Below, piece by piece: positions 49,070-57,525 of a DNA stretch of 64,000 bases. Position 1 is the stretch's first letter, and each line of letters opens with the position of its first letter. The position numbers and the translations under genes were made by a program. The notes beneath the pieces are model-generated. The model made no database searches. It saw nothing but the letters and a program-made list of their open reading frames with translations, and was not told the origin of the DNA. The stretch spans positions 1,443,118 to 1,507,117 of the forward strand of contig NZ_CP191258.1 in the NCBI RefSeq assembly GCF_050410795.1. The letters are read 5' to 3'. The DNA comes from Fontivita pretiosa (GTDB lineage: Bacteria > Planctomycetota > Phycisphaerae > Tepidisphaerales > Tepidisphaeraceae).

Positions 49070-49089
49070 CGAGGCAAACAATTGCCTCG
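49070..49089 (+). terminator. Perfect 8-bp hairpin CGAGGCAA-acaa-TTGCCTCG after the dehydrogenase gene (no U-tract)
   Basis: Directly visible, 36 nt after the stop. Confidence 0.4.
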
Positions 49090-49152
49090 GCGGCAAGGTG
49101 ATCCCCTCCCCCATCTCCCCTTCCGGCCCTTTCCCGGTTACTCTACCGGCCA

Positions 49153-50001
49153 ATGCCAGTGCGCATCCTCGCCCTTGGTGATATTGTCGGCCGGCCCGGA
49201 CGGCAGGTGGTGCAGCAGAAGCTGCCCCTGCTGGTGCGACAGCGACAGGTGGACCTGGTCGTGGCTAACGCGGAGAACATCGCCGGCGGAAGCGGCATCA
49301 CGCCGAATCTGTTCAACAAGCTCCGCAGCTACGGCGTGGACGTGGTCACGCTCGGAGACCACATCTACAAACGCATGGACATCGTGCCTACGCTCCAGAA
49401 CTCCGAGCGGATCGTCCGCCCGGCCAACCTCTCCTCCAGCGCCGTCGGACGTCCGTTCACGGTGGTCACGACCAACAACGGCGTGCCGGTGGGAATCTTC
49501 TGCGTGCTGGGACGAATCTACATGAACCTGCCCTGCGACGATCCGTTCGCCGCCGCCAACCGCGTCCTCGAACAGATCCCCCTGGGCGTGCGCGTGTGCG
49601 TGTGCGATGTGCACGCCGAGGCCTCCAGCGAAAAAGTCGCCATGGGACACTGGCTGGATGGACGCGTCAGCTTCATCTTCGGAACCCATACCCACATCCC
49701 CACCGCCGACGCCAAAATCCTGCCCGGCGGCAGCGCGTTCCAGGCGGATCTGGGCATGTGCGGGCCTTACGATTCAGTGCTGGGCCGACGCAAGGACCGC
49801 GTCCTGAAGTACATGACCACCAACATGCCTCACCCCTTCGAGGTGGCCACCGGCGACGTGCGAATGTGCGGCGCGCTGGCGGAGATCGACCCGGAGACCG
49901 GCCGCGCTATCTCCATCGAACGCATCGAAGTCAGGGGTGACAACGCCGATCAGGCCTACGACGCCGACGACGCACGGCATCCTCCTGCGGCAGGCGACTG
50001 A
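49153..50001 (+). CDS. YmdB-family (TIGR00282) metallophosphoesterase
   Basis: MPVRILALGDIVGRPGR...VVANAENIAGGSGIT are hallmark YmdB motifs. Confidence 0.85.
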   Translation: MPVRILALGDIVGRPGRQVVQQKLPLLVRQRQVDLVVANAENIAGGSGITPNLFNKLRSYGVDVVTLGDHIYKRMDIVPTLQNSERIVRPANLSSSAVGRPFTVVTTNNGVPVGIFCVLGRIYMNLPCDDPFAAANRVLEQIPLGVRVCVCDVHAEASSEKVAMGHWLDGRVSFIFGTHTHIPTADAKILPGGSAFQADLGMCGPYDSVLGRRKDRVLKYMTTNMPHPFEVATGDVRMCGALAEIDPETGRAISIERIEVRGDNADQAYDADDARHPPAAGD

Positions 50002-50843
50002 AGCGACAACGCCCTCGACGACTTGACGGCACGCATGAACTGTCGCACACGGTCGGCGTCCACCGGGTTGCTCGCGATCCCTTCACGCTTGAACCATGTG
50101 CCCACAATGAAACCGTCGCAGTGCTCCCACAGATCCGACACGTTGTTGAGGCTCACGCCGCTGCCCACCAGCACCGGCGTGGCCTTCGCCGCCGCCTTCA
50201 CCCGCGCCGCCTGCGAGGGATCCGTCGGCTTGCCCGTGCCGGCGCCGCTGACGATCAGCGCATCGGCCAGACCCCGCTCGATCGTATCCTGCACTTCATC
50301 CTCGATCGCCCGCGGCGCCAGCGGGGCCGAATGCTTCACGTCCACGTCGGCCAGGATCCTGATGCTGGATGCACCGAGCATCGCGCGGTCCCGCAGCAGT
50401 TGATGAGCTATCCCCTGGATGATGCCCTGATCGGTGACCCGCGCGCCACACAGGACGTTGACGCGGATGAAGTCGGCGGCGATCGCGTGCGCGACCGCCA
50501 GCGCGCTTCGCCCGTCGTTTCGCAGCACGTTGATCCCCAGCGGCACGCGATCAAAACGCTTGCGCAGCTCGCAGGCAAGCGCCGTCATCTGTGCCACGAC
50601 GTGCGCCGGCACGCGGTCGGGGTAGAACGGCACGTCCCCGAAGTTCTCGATCATCAAACCGTCCACACCGCCCGATACCAGCGCTTCGGCGTCGCGCATC
50701 AGCCGGTCACGGATCGCATCCACGCCTGCCTGATACCGCGGCGAGCCCGGCAGCGGCAGCAGGTGCAGCATTCCGATCACCGGCCTGCACACCCCCGACC
50801 ACGATGGATGCAGACTCGACATCAGCTCATGCGATCCCATCAC
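49956..50843 (-). CDS. BtpA/SgcQ-family TIM-barrel protein
   Basis: IGMLHLLPLPGSP...GVDGLMIENFGDVPF conserved BtpA motifs; 46-bp convergent overlap with the upstream gene. Confidence 0.8.
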   Translation of the reverse strand: MMGSHELMSSLHPSWSGVCRPVIGMLHLLPLPGSPRYQAGVDAIRDRLMRDAEALVSGGVDGLMIENFGDVPFYPDRVPAHVVAQMTALACELRKRFDRVPLGINVLRNDGRSALAVAHAIAADFIRVNVLCGARVTDQGIIQGIAHQLLRDRAMLGASSIRILADVDVKHSAPLAPRAIEDEVQDTIERGLADALIVSGAGTGKPTDPSQAARVKAAAKATPVLVGSGVSLNNVSDLWEHCDGFIVGTWFKREGIASNPVDADRVRQFMRAVKSSRALSLQSPAAGGCRASSAS

Positions 50844-50867
50844 GCCGCGACCGCTGCCATCCCACGC

Positions 50868-51206
50868 CTACGGCAACAGCCCCGGTGGCAGACCAAGCTC
50901 CCCGGCCACTTTCGCCATTTCCTCCTTGACCATCGCGGCGGCCTTGACCTGCGCCGCGTTGATCGCGGCCACGATCAGGTCCTCCAGCATCTCCGTGTCG
51001 TTCACGTCCACCTTGCTCTTGTCGATGCGGACTTTCACGACCTCCAGCCGCCCGTTCACCACCGCCGTCACCATCCCCCCTCCCGCGTCGGCGCTGACCT
51101 GCCGCCGCGCTAGCTCCTCCTGCATCTGCTGCATCTTTTCCTGCATCTGGCGCGCCTTGGCCATGAGCTGCGGAAGGTTGGCCAGGTTCTTAAGCTGATC
51201 GAACAT
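50868..51206 (-). CDS. ybaB: Nucleoid-associated protein YbaB/EbfC
   Basis: 112 aa with the family-typical MQKMQEEL...GGGMV motif; directly downstream of dnaX. Confidence 0.9.
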   Translation of the reverse strand: MFDQLKNLANLPQLMAKARQMQEKMQQMQEELARRQVSADAGGGMVTAVVNGRLEVVKVRIDKSKVDVNDTEMLEDLIVAAINAAQVKAAAMVKEEMAKVAGELGLPPGLLP

Positions 51207-51210
51207 GTTT

Positions 51211-53121
51211 CTACTCGACTTTCACGATTTCCCCGCCGAGCATATCCATCACGGCGCGGATCAGCTCGTCGCTGCGGAGCTGCTGGCGCAGTTCTTCGGT
51301 GATCTTGACGGTCGGCTCGAGCGGCGCGGGCGGCGGCGCGGGCGTGTACCGCGCCACCTGCCGCCGCGGCATGGCCGGCGATGACGCGGCGACGGGCGGC
51401 TCATCGCGCTGCCGGGCGGGCGCGGCTTCCGCCTCGCCGCCCACCTCGAACTTCACCCCCACCTTCTGCTTCAGAAGTTCACTGAGCGCATCGCGGATCA
51501 CGTCCTTCTTGCCGTTGCGATCCAGCATCCGCACCGCCGGCTCGTGCCCCGGCGGATAGCGCACGATCGCCAGCCCGTCCTCGATCCCCGCCAGCGTCGC
51601 GTCCTTCAGCAGGGCCGTCAACCCCGGCCCCTTCGACGCCAGCAGCGCAATCAGCCGCTTCCACAGGCTCGACAGATCGGGCGGCTGTTCCGCTGACGAA
51701 ACGTCCGGTTCCGTCGCCGCATCCGGCGATTGCGCCGCCGCGTCCGCAGCCGATTGCTGTTGCCGGAGCAGTTCACTCAATGAAGGCCCGGACGGATTCC
51801 ACACCTTGCCCACCGCCGGCAGGGCATCGTCGTCTTCGTCGTCGCTGCCCGAATCCGCCGCCGCTTGCGGGGCGATCTGCTGCCGGCCGGGCGTGTGGCC
51901 TGCTGGCTGGGAAGGGATCTGGTCCTGGCTCAGGGCTGGCTCAAACTTTTTTTTTTGCCCCGCCGGCGCGGCGACGGATCCTGATCCATCCACGCGGCGG
52001 AGCAGCTCCTGCACGCTGGTGAACTGCTCGGCCAGCGCCAGCCGAACCAGTGTGGCATCGAGCAGCGCCCGCCCGGCCTGCGAGGCCCGCAGGTGTCGTC
52101 TCAGCTCCTCGAGAATCGCGATGTCCTGCGTAAGCACCTGCGGCTCGAAACGTTCGGCCTGGCGCGTCAGCTCCTCGATGGCTATCCCGGCAACTTCCAC
52201 GAGCTGTGAGCCGGGGCCACAGGTCCGCAGGATCAGCAGGTTCCGCAGGTGATCCGCCAGACTCACCACCAGCGTGTCGGGCGACAGCCCGCGGCTGATC
52301 AGCTTCTCGGCCCCCTCCAGCACCGCCTTGACATCGCCCAGACCGATGCTCTGCACCAGCTCGTAAATCGCCTGTGCTCGCGGCATGCCCAGCGACTGTT
52401 CGATCAGCTCGACGCTGATCTGCTTTTCTCCGATGCTCAAGAGGCGATCCAGCAGCGACAGCGCATCCCGCATCGATCCGGCGCCCGCCTTGGCCACCAG
52501 CAGCAGCGCGTCCTCGCTGGCCTGGATACCTTCAGCGCGACAGATCTGCTTGAGGTGCTCGGCGATTTCCCGCGTGGGGATGTTGCGGAAGTCGAACCGC
52601 TGGCAACGGCTGAGGATCGTCGGCGGCACCTTCTCCGGCTCGGTGGTCGCCAGGATGAACTTCACGTGCTCCGGCGGCTCTTCCATCGTCTTCAGCAGCG
52701 CATTGAACGAGGCCTTGGAGAGCATGTGGACCTCGTCGATGATGAAAACTTTGAACCGCGAGTGAGCCGGGCGGTATTGCACGTTCTCGATGATCACTTC
52801 GCGGGTCTTGTCCACCTGGGTGTTGGACGCGGCGTCGATCTCGATCACGTCGATATCCTCGCCGCGCGCAATCGCCTCGCACGAGCTGCATTTCCCGCAG
52901 GGTTCGGTCGTGGCCGAGGCAGACTTCTGGCAATTCAGCGCCTTGGCCAGAATCCGGGCCATCGACGTCTTGCCCACGCCCCGCGTGCCGCAGAACAGAT
53001 AGGCATGGGCGATGCGCCCCGTCTGAATCGCCCGTTTGAGCGTCTGCGCAACATGGCTCTGTCCGACGACCTCGTCGAATGTGTTCGATCGGTACTTGCG
53101 AGCCAGGACGATGTACGACAT
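51211..53121 (-). CDS. dnaX: DNA polymerase III subunit gamma/tau
   Basis: AAA+ Walker A GTRGVGKTS, zinc module CGKCSSCE, sensor motifs; 636 aa. Confidence 0.95.
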   Translation of the reverse strand: MSYIVLARKYRSNTFDEVVGQSHVAQTLKRAIQTGRIAHAYLFCGTRGVGKTSMARILAKALNCQKSASATTEPCGKCSSCEAIARGEDIDVIEIDAASNTQVDKTREVIIENVQYRPAHSRFKVFIIDEVHMLSKASFNALLKTMEEPPEHVKFILATTEPEKVPPTILSRCQRFDFRNIPTREIAEHLKQICRAEGIQASEDALLLVAKAGAGSMRDALSLLDRLLSIGEKQISVELIEQSLGMPRAQAIYELVQSIGLGDVKAVLEGAEKLISRGLSPDTLVVSLADHLRNLLILRTCGPGSQLVEVAGIAIEELTRQAERFEPQVLTQDIAILEELRRHLRASQAGRALLDATLVRLALAEQFTSVQELLRRVDGSGSVAAPAGQKKKFEPALSQDQIPSQPAGHTPGRQQIAPQAAADSGSDDEDDDALPAVGKVWNPSGPSLSELLRQQQSAADAAAQSPDAATEPDVSSAEQPPDLSSLWKRLIALLASKGPGLTALLKDATLAGIEDGLAIVRYPPGHEPAVRMLDRNGKKDVIRDALSELLKQKVGVKFEVGGEAEAAPARQRDEPPVAASSPAMPRRQVARYTPAPPPAPLEPTVKITEELRQQLRSDELIRAVMDMLGGEIVKVE

Positions 53122-53257
53122 CTCCGGGGGCCTTGGTTTGCTGATGCCGCATTCTAGAACGTGTTACGCGCTTTTCCATGCCCCCGTGCCGGCTGGCGGC
53201 AGATACCCCCGATGGCGAGCTTAAGTCCCAGAATCACCCCGCCGATGAACTTGATGA

Positions 53258-54967
53258 ATGCCTGCCCTGCGAGCTGCGATCTTCGGCGCGCTGCTCAGTC
53301 CGGTTCTGGCGGTCATGCTCTGCATCCCCGCTCGTGCCGCCGTCGATGAAAACCAGAAGATCAAGTGGCTTGACCAAACCCTTGGCGCGCTGGAGGCCAC
53401 GATCCAACTGTATCGCTCGCAGCACGACGGCGCCGATCCCGACTTTGCCAGACTCGGCTGGCGACAGTTGATCAGCCCCACAGACCCCACCGGGCGGATC
53501 GTCAAATCCGGCACGTGCGGGCCTTACCTCAACGCCCCGCCGGGCAATCCGCTCAACGGCTTCAGCGGCGTGGCGGTCATCGATCAGCCGCCGCATGCGG
53601 GCATGCACATCGCGGGCGAGCGAATGGGTTTTGCGTTCTATGCGGCGACCGGCAGCTTCGTCGGCACCGACGCCACCGGAAAACGCCTGCTCGACCCGGA
53701 CCTGAAACGCGCCTATCCCGGAGCGTTCGCCTTCAAGCCCGCGGGCAATGCTGCGGATCTGGCCGCACGCAGAAAAAACCTGCTGGCCATCGTCCAGTCG
53801 CTGCGTCAGGCGCTGGCGGCGTATCGCATCGACCACCTCGATCAACTTCCCGACTTCCGCAGATATCCCGACTGGCAACAACTGACCGCCAGGACCGACA
53901 ACGACGGAACTCTAAACCCGCGCGGCCGGTTCGGCCCGTACCTGCGGGATATCCCCATCAACCCATTGAACGGATTTCATCGCGTGGAGCTGGCAGCCTC
54001 CGCCCCGGCGCCCGGCACCATCGCCCGGGCGAGCGACATCGGATATCTGCTCGAACCCAAAGCCGGACAAATCTGGGGGCTGGATGAAAGCGGCGTGGTG
54101 ATCCTGGATGAATCAGCCCAGCCACCCAGCGATGGAAATCCCGCAGCGCCATCCAGGCCGGCGGCAAGCCCCGGCGCCCGGAAGCTTGACGCTGAACTCC
54201 AGAATTCGCGCATCCGACTGCTCTACGTCACGCTTGTCCTGCTGGATACCCAGCTTCGCGCCTACCAGATCAGTCACGACGGCGCCACGCCCGATTTCCT
54301 TCAGCACGGGGAATGGAAGCGTTTCTCAGCCACCAGTGACAAGTCGTTTGCGATCCGCAATCCGCTGAACAATTTCAGCGGCCTTCTGGTCGTGCCGCGC
54401 CCGCCGCGACCGACAGACCCCATCCGCCAGCCCGGCGTCGGATTCGTCTTCTGCGCCAGCGAGGGCCGGTTCTGGCCCACCGGCGCCGACGGCGCCAGCG
54501 TGATGGATCGCGATCTGCGGGCCACGCATCCGGACGCATTCGACACCTGCGCGCCCGGCGGCGAATCTGCCCTGGCCGCCGACAACCGCGCTCGCTCGCA
54601 ACTGCTGCTGCTGTCGGCGGTGCGCACGGCGATCAGGCTCTATCGCATGCAGCACGCCGGGCAACTGCCCGATTTCAATCGTTATCCCGACTGGCAGCAG
54701 CTCACGATGCGCACCGACGCCTCGGGCCGACCGACTTCCTCCGGCCAGTTCGGGCCCTACCTCAGCGAGCCGCCACGCAATCTGATCACCGGCGAGCATC
54801 GCGTGCTGGTCGTACGCAGTATCCGGGACGCACAGAACGCGCACGCCGACCAGCCCATCGGCTACGCGCTGGACCTGTCCGCCCAACGGATCTATTCCGC
54901 GGATCTTTCCCAGCCCCCTGGCGACATCGAAGCCAACCCCGCCGGCACCGCACAAGCCGACCCGTAA
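53258..54967 (+). CDS. Secreted protein with four tandem type II secretion pseudopilin (GspG-core)-like domains
   Basis: Sec signal peptide, then four repeats of L..YR.QH.G..PDF......W.QL...TD..GR....G.FGPYL...P.NPLNGF. This resembles the GspG LDxYrldnGxYP...GPYLkk.PkDPWGn core; there is no prepilin leader. Confidence 0.55.
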   Translation: MPALRAAIFGALLSPVLAVMLCIPARAAVDENQKIKWLDQTLGALEATIQLYRSQHDGADPDFARLGWRQLISPTDPTGRIVKSGTCGPYLNAPPGNPLNGFSGVAVIDQPPHAGMHIAGERMGFAFYAATGSFVGTDATGKRLLDPDLKRAYPGAFAFKPAGNAADLAARRKNLLAIVQSLRQALAAYRIDHLDQLPDFRRYPDWQQLTARTDNDGTLNPRGRFGPYLRDIPINPLNGFHRVELAASAPAPGTIARASDIGYLLEPKAGQIWGLDESGVVILDESAQPPSDGNPAAPSRPAASPGARKLDAELQNSRIRLLYVTLVLLDTQLRAYQISHDGATPDFLQHGEWKRFSATSDKSFAIRNPLNNFSGLLVVPRPPRPTDPIRQPGVGFVFCASEGRFWPTGADGASVMDRDLRATHPDAFDTCAPGGESALAADNRARSQLLLLSAVRTAIRLYRMQHAGQLPDFNRYPDWQQLTMRTDASGRPTSSGQFGPYLSEPPRNLITGEHRVLVVRSIRDAQNAHADQPIGYALDLSAQRIYSADLSQPPGDIEANPAGTAQADP

Positions 54968-54976
54968 CAAAAAAAT

Positions 54977-55104
54977 CACGGGCGTTTCGCCTGTGTTGAG
55001 TGGCATGAAGCGATGGATAGCCCGGAGATCGGACTTTCGAAATCGAGTGCACCCTGCATGGCCGGGACGGCCATGCCACAGTTGGCTCGGACGCATCACG
55101 GGCG
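54977..55104 (+). repeat. REP-like ~125-bp intergenic repeat element, copy A
   Basis: ~85% identical to 61131..61287; conserved palindrome GCATGGCCGGGACGGCCATGC; bounded by CACGGGCG motifs; lies between convergent 3' ends. Confidence 0.7.
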
Positions 55105-55123
55105 CCCAGAGCCTGCACCGCAG

Positions 55124-56545
55124 TTAGCCGACCTCCAGTTCGTCAGCTTCCGGAATCGCCCGCGGTCGCATCGTCACGAACAGAATGGTAATGATGACAC
55201 CGAGCACGGCGGCGATGACCAGCGGCCGCACGCCCACGCTCGGATCGTGGTATAGCGCGATGATTCGCGACCCGATCAGCGCGACATTCACGATGATCCC
55301 CACCGCCGGTACCACAATCGGCACCTCAAACGCGCCGTGCGGCTCGCCGGGTCGCAGCTTCAGCACGATCAGCGCGCCGTTGACCACGGCGAAACATCCC
55401 AGCAACAGCAGCCCCGTCGTCGTCGCCAGCTCACCCACCCCGCCCGCCAGAGACAGCACGATCACGATGCACAGCAGCGTCAGGATGGCCACGTGCGGGG
55501 TGCGACGGCTGCGGTGCACCCGTCCCAGCGCCGCCGGCAGCAGCCCGTGCCGGGACATCCCGTACAGCAGCCGCGAACCCATGATGTAGTTGATCAGCAC
55601 GGTGTTGGCCACCGCGAACATGGTGATGAACTTGTAGACCCACGCCGGCAGCCACGGCGACGCCACCGCCGTAATTTCCGCCAGCGGCGCCGCAGCCCGC
55701 GCCAGCGTCGCGTACGGCACCACCGACACCGCCGTGATCGCGATCGCCATGTACAGCCCCGCCACGATCGTCAGCGCCGTGACGATCCCCCAGGGCATCG
55801 TCCGCTGCGGGTTTTTGACTTCCTCGGCCACATTGAGCATGTCCTCGAAACCCACGAACGCGAAGAACGTCAACACCGCGCCGCTGAACAGCATCACCGG
55901 CCCAAGCGTTCGCTGCGGCGGCGTTTCCAGATAGCTCACCTGTCCCCAGTAACGCATGCCCACGATCACGATGAACAGCAATCCACCCACCTCGATCGCC
56001 GTGCACAGCAGGTTCGTCCACATCGACTCGCGAATGCCCCGGAAGTTCACCAGCGTCATGAACAGCAGAAACCCGACGATCACGATCACCACGCCCACGT
56101 CGTGATCGACCAGCTTGTACGGCCCCAGCGGGACGAGGATCCTTCCCAGCTTCCCGCTGATCCCCAGCAGCTCGGCCAGAACGTTCGAGAACGCATTGGT
56201 GCTGGTGGCCATGCTGGTCAGGCCGGATGCCGCGACGGTCAACCCGACCACGTAGGAAAGGAACGTGAAGCGATAGGCGCGCTGGGTGACGTAGGCGGCG
56301 CCGGCGGCGCGCGGATATCGCGAGGCGATTGAAGCGTAGCTCAATCCCGTCAGCATCGCCGCGATCATCGACACGAAAAACGCCAGCCAGACCGCATTGC
56401 CCATCTGCCCCGCGGCCTTGCCCACGGTGGCGTAGATCCCGCTGCCGACCATGTCCCCCACCCCGTAAATCACCAGCGCCCAGAAACCCATGTTGCGGGC
56501 CAGGCTCGGTTGCGCTGCGGCGGGTTGAGTGGCAGTGCTGGTCAT
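55124..56545 (-). CDS. APC-superfamily amino acid permease
   Basis: 12-TM pattern; N-terminal GVGDMVGSGIYATVG APC signature; start at MTSTATQ. Confidence 0.85.
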   Translation of the reverse strand: MTSTATQPAAAQPSLARNMGFWALVIYGVGDMVGSGIYATVGKAAGQMGNAVWLAFFVSMIAAMLTGLSYASIASRYPRAAGAAYVTQRAYRFTFLSYVVGLTVAASGLTSMATSTNAFSNVLAELLGISGKLGRILVPLGPYKLVDHDVGVVIVIVGFLLFMTLVNFRGIRESMWTNLLCTAIEVGGLLFIVIVGMRYWGQVSYLETPPQRTLGPVMLFSGAVLTFFAFVGFEDMLNVAEEVKNPQRTMPWGIVTALTIVAGLYMAIAITAVSVVPYATLARAAAPLAEITAVASPWLPAWVYKFITMFAVANTVLINYIMGSRLLYGMSRHGLLPAALGRVHRSRRTPHVAILTLLCIVIVLSLAGGVGELATTTGLLLLGCFAVVNGALIVLKLRPGEPHGAFEVPIVVPAVGIIVNVALIGSRIIALYHDPSVGVRPLVIAAVLGVIITILFVTMRPRAIPEADELEVG

Positions 56546-56692
56546 ACGGCGGATTGAACCGCAGATTCGTACTCCCGGCAACGAAAAACTCCGCCGTGGC
56601 AGCGCCCTGTCCGGCGCGTCGGCAATGAACTTCTCATTCTCCGCCCCTGTCGCTATCCTTTGAAAGAAGAACACGCCATCTGACTACACGCC

Positions 56693-57394
56693 ATGAACAC
56701 CAACCTGCGACTGTCTGCGCTGTTTGTGACGTTGGCCGCGGCCGCGGCGCTGCTCATCGCTTCGCCGGCGCCGGCTCCGCCCGCCACCACGCCCGCGTCC
56801 GAGCCTGCGCAACTGGAGATCATCCAGCTTGCCCCGCCGCTGCTGGACAAGGGCGCGCCGCTCATGCAGGCGCTGAAGCAGCGACGCTCGATTCGCAACC
56901 TCGACGATCGACCGCTGTCGCATCAGCAGCTCTCGGAGATCCTCTGGGCTGCCAACGGCATCAACCGCGACGATGGCAAGCGCACGGTCCCTTCGGCCTT
57001 GGCGCGATATCCCATCGATGTCTATGCCGTGCTTGAGCGCGGCGTGTATCTGTACGAGCCGGCCGGGCACCGGCTTCTGCCCGTCGCCGCCGGGGATTTC
57101 CGCCAGCACACCGGCAGCCAGGCGTATGTGCACACCGCGCCGCTGAATCTGGTGTACGTGGTGGATCTGGAGCGTCTGAACGGCCCCGGCGCCGATCCGA
57201 TGGACCAAAGCCGCCTGCGGATCGCCGGCATCGAGGTCGGCTGCATGGCCCAGAACGTGTACCTGTACTGTGCATCGGAGGGTCTTGGGACGACGCTGCG
57301 CACCTCGATTCAGGACGAGCGTTTTGGCCCGGTGATCCGCGCCCGCCCCACCCAGCGGATCATCGCCGCCCAGGCCATCGGCCACCCCCGCTGA
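56693..57394 (+). CDS. Nitroreductase-family (SagB-type) protein with signal peptide
   Basis: RRSIRN motif and nitroreductase fold hallmarks; N-terminal Ala-rich signal. Confidence 0.7.
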   Translation: MNTNLRLSALFVTLAAAAALLIASPAPAPPATTPASEPAQLEIIQLAPPLLDKGAPLMQALKQRRSIRNLDDRPLSHQQLSEILWAANGINRDDGKRTVPSALARYPIDVYAVLERGVYLYEPAGHRLLPVAAGDFRQHTGSQAYVHTAPLNLVYVVDLERLNGPGADPMDQSRLRIAGIEVGCMAQNVYLYCASEGLGTTLRTSIQDERFGPVIRARPTQRIIAAQAIGHPR

Positions 57395-57525
57395 CCGGGG
57401 GAGGTAGTGCCTGCTCTGGCGATCCCTGGCGACGCTGACCAGCAGGCGTTGGCGCGCGGTCGTCTCATCGCAGCGGATCGGGGCGTGATTGTCTGTTGGC
57501 CTGGGGGATCTTAGGATGCGGCGTC

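Noticed and set aside
50121-51113. 330-aa plus ORF
   Set aside because: Antisense to BtpA/YbaB; R/H/Q-rich.
54326-55255. Conserved 'peptides' (MMRPSQLWHGRPGHA... on minus, MDSPEIGLSKSS... on plus) within the REP-like element, also at 60929..61258
   Set aside because: Differences between the two copies are almost all non-synonymous in every frame, so the conservation is at nucleotide/structure level, not protein level.
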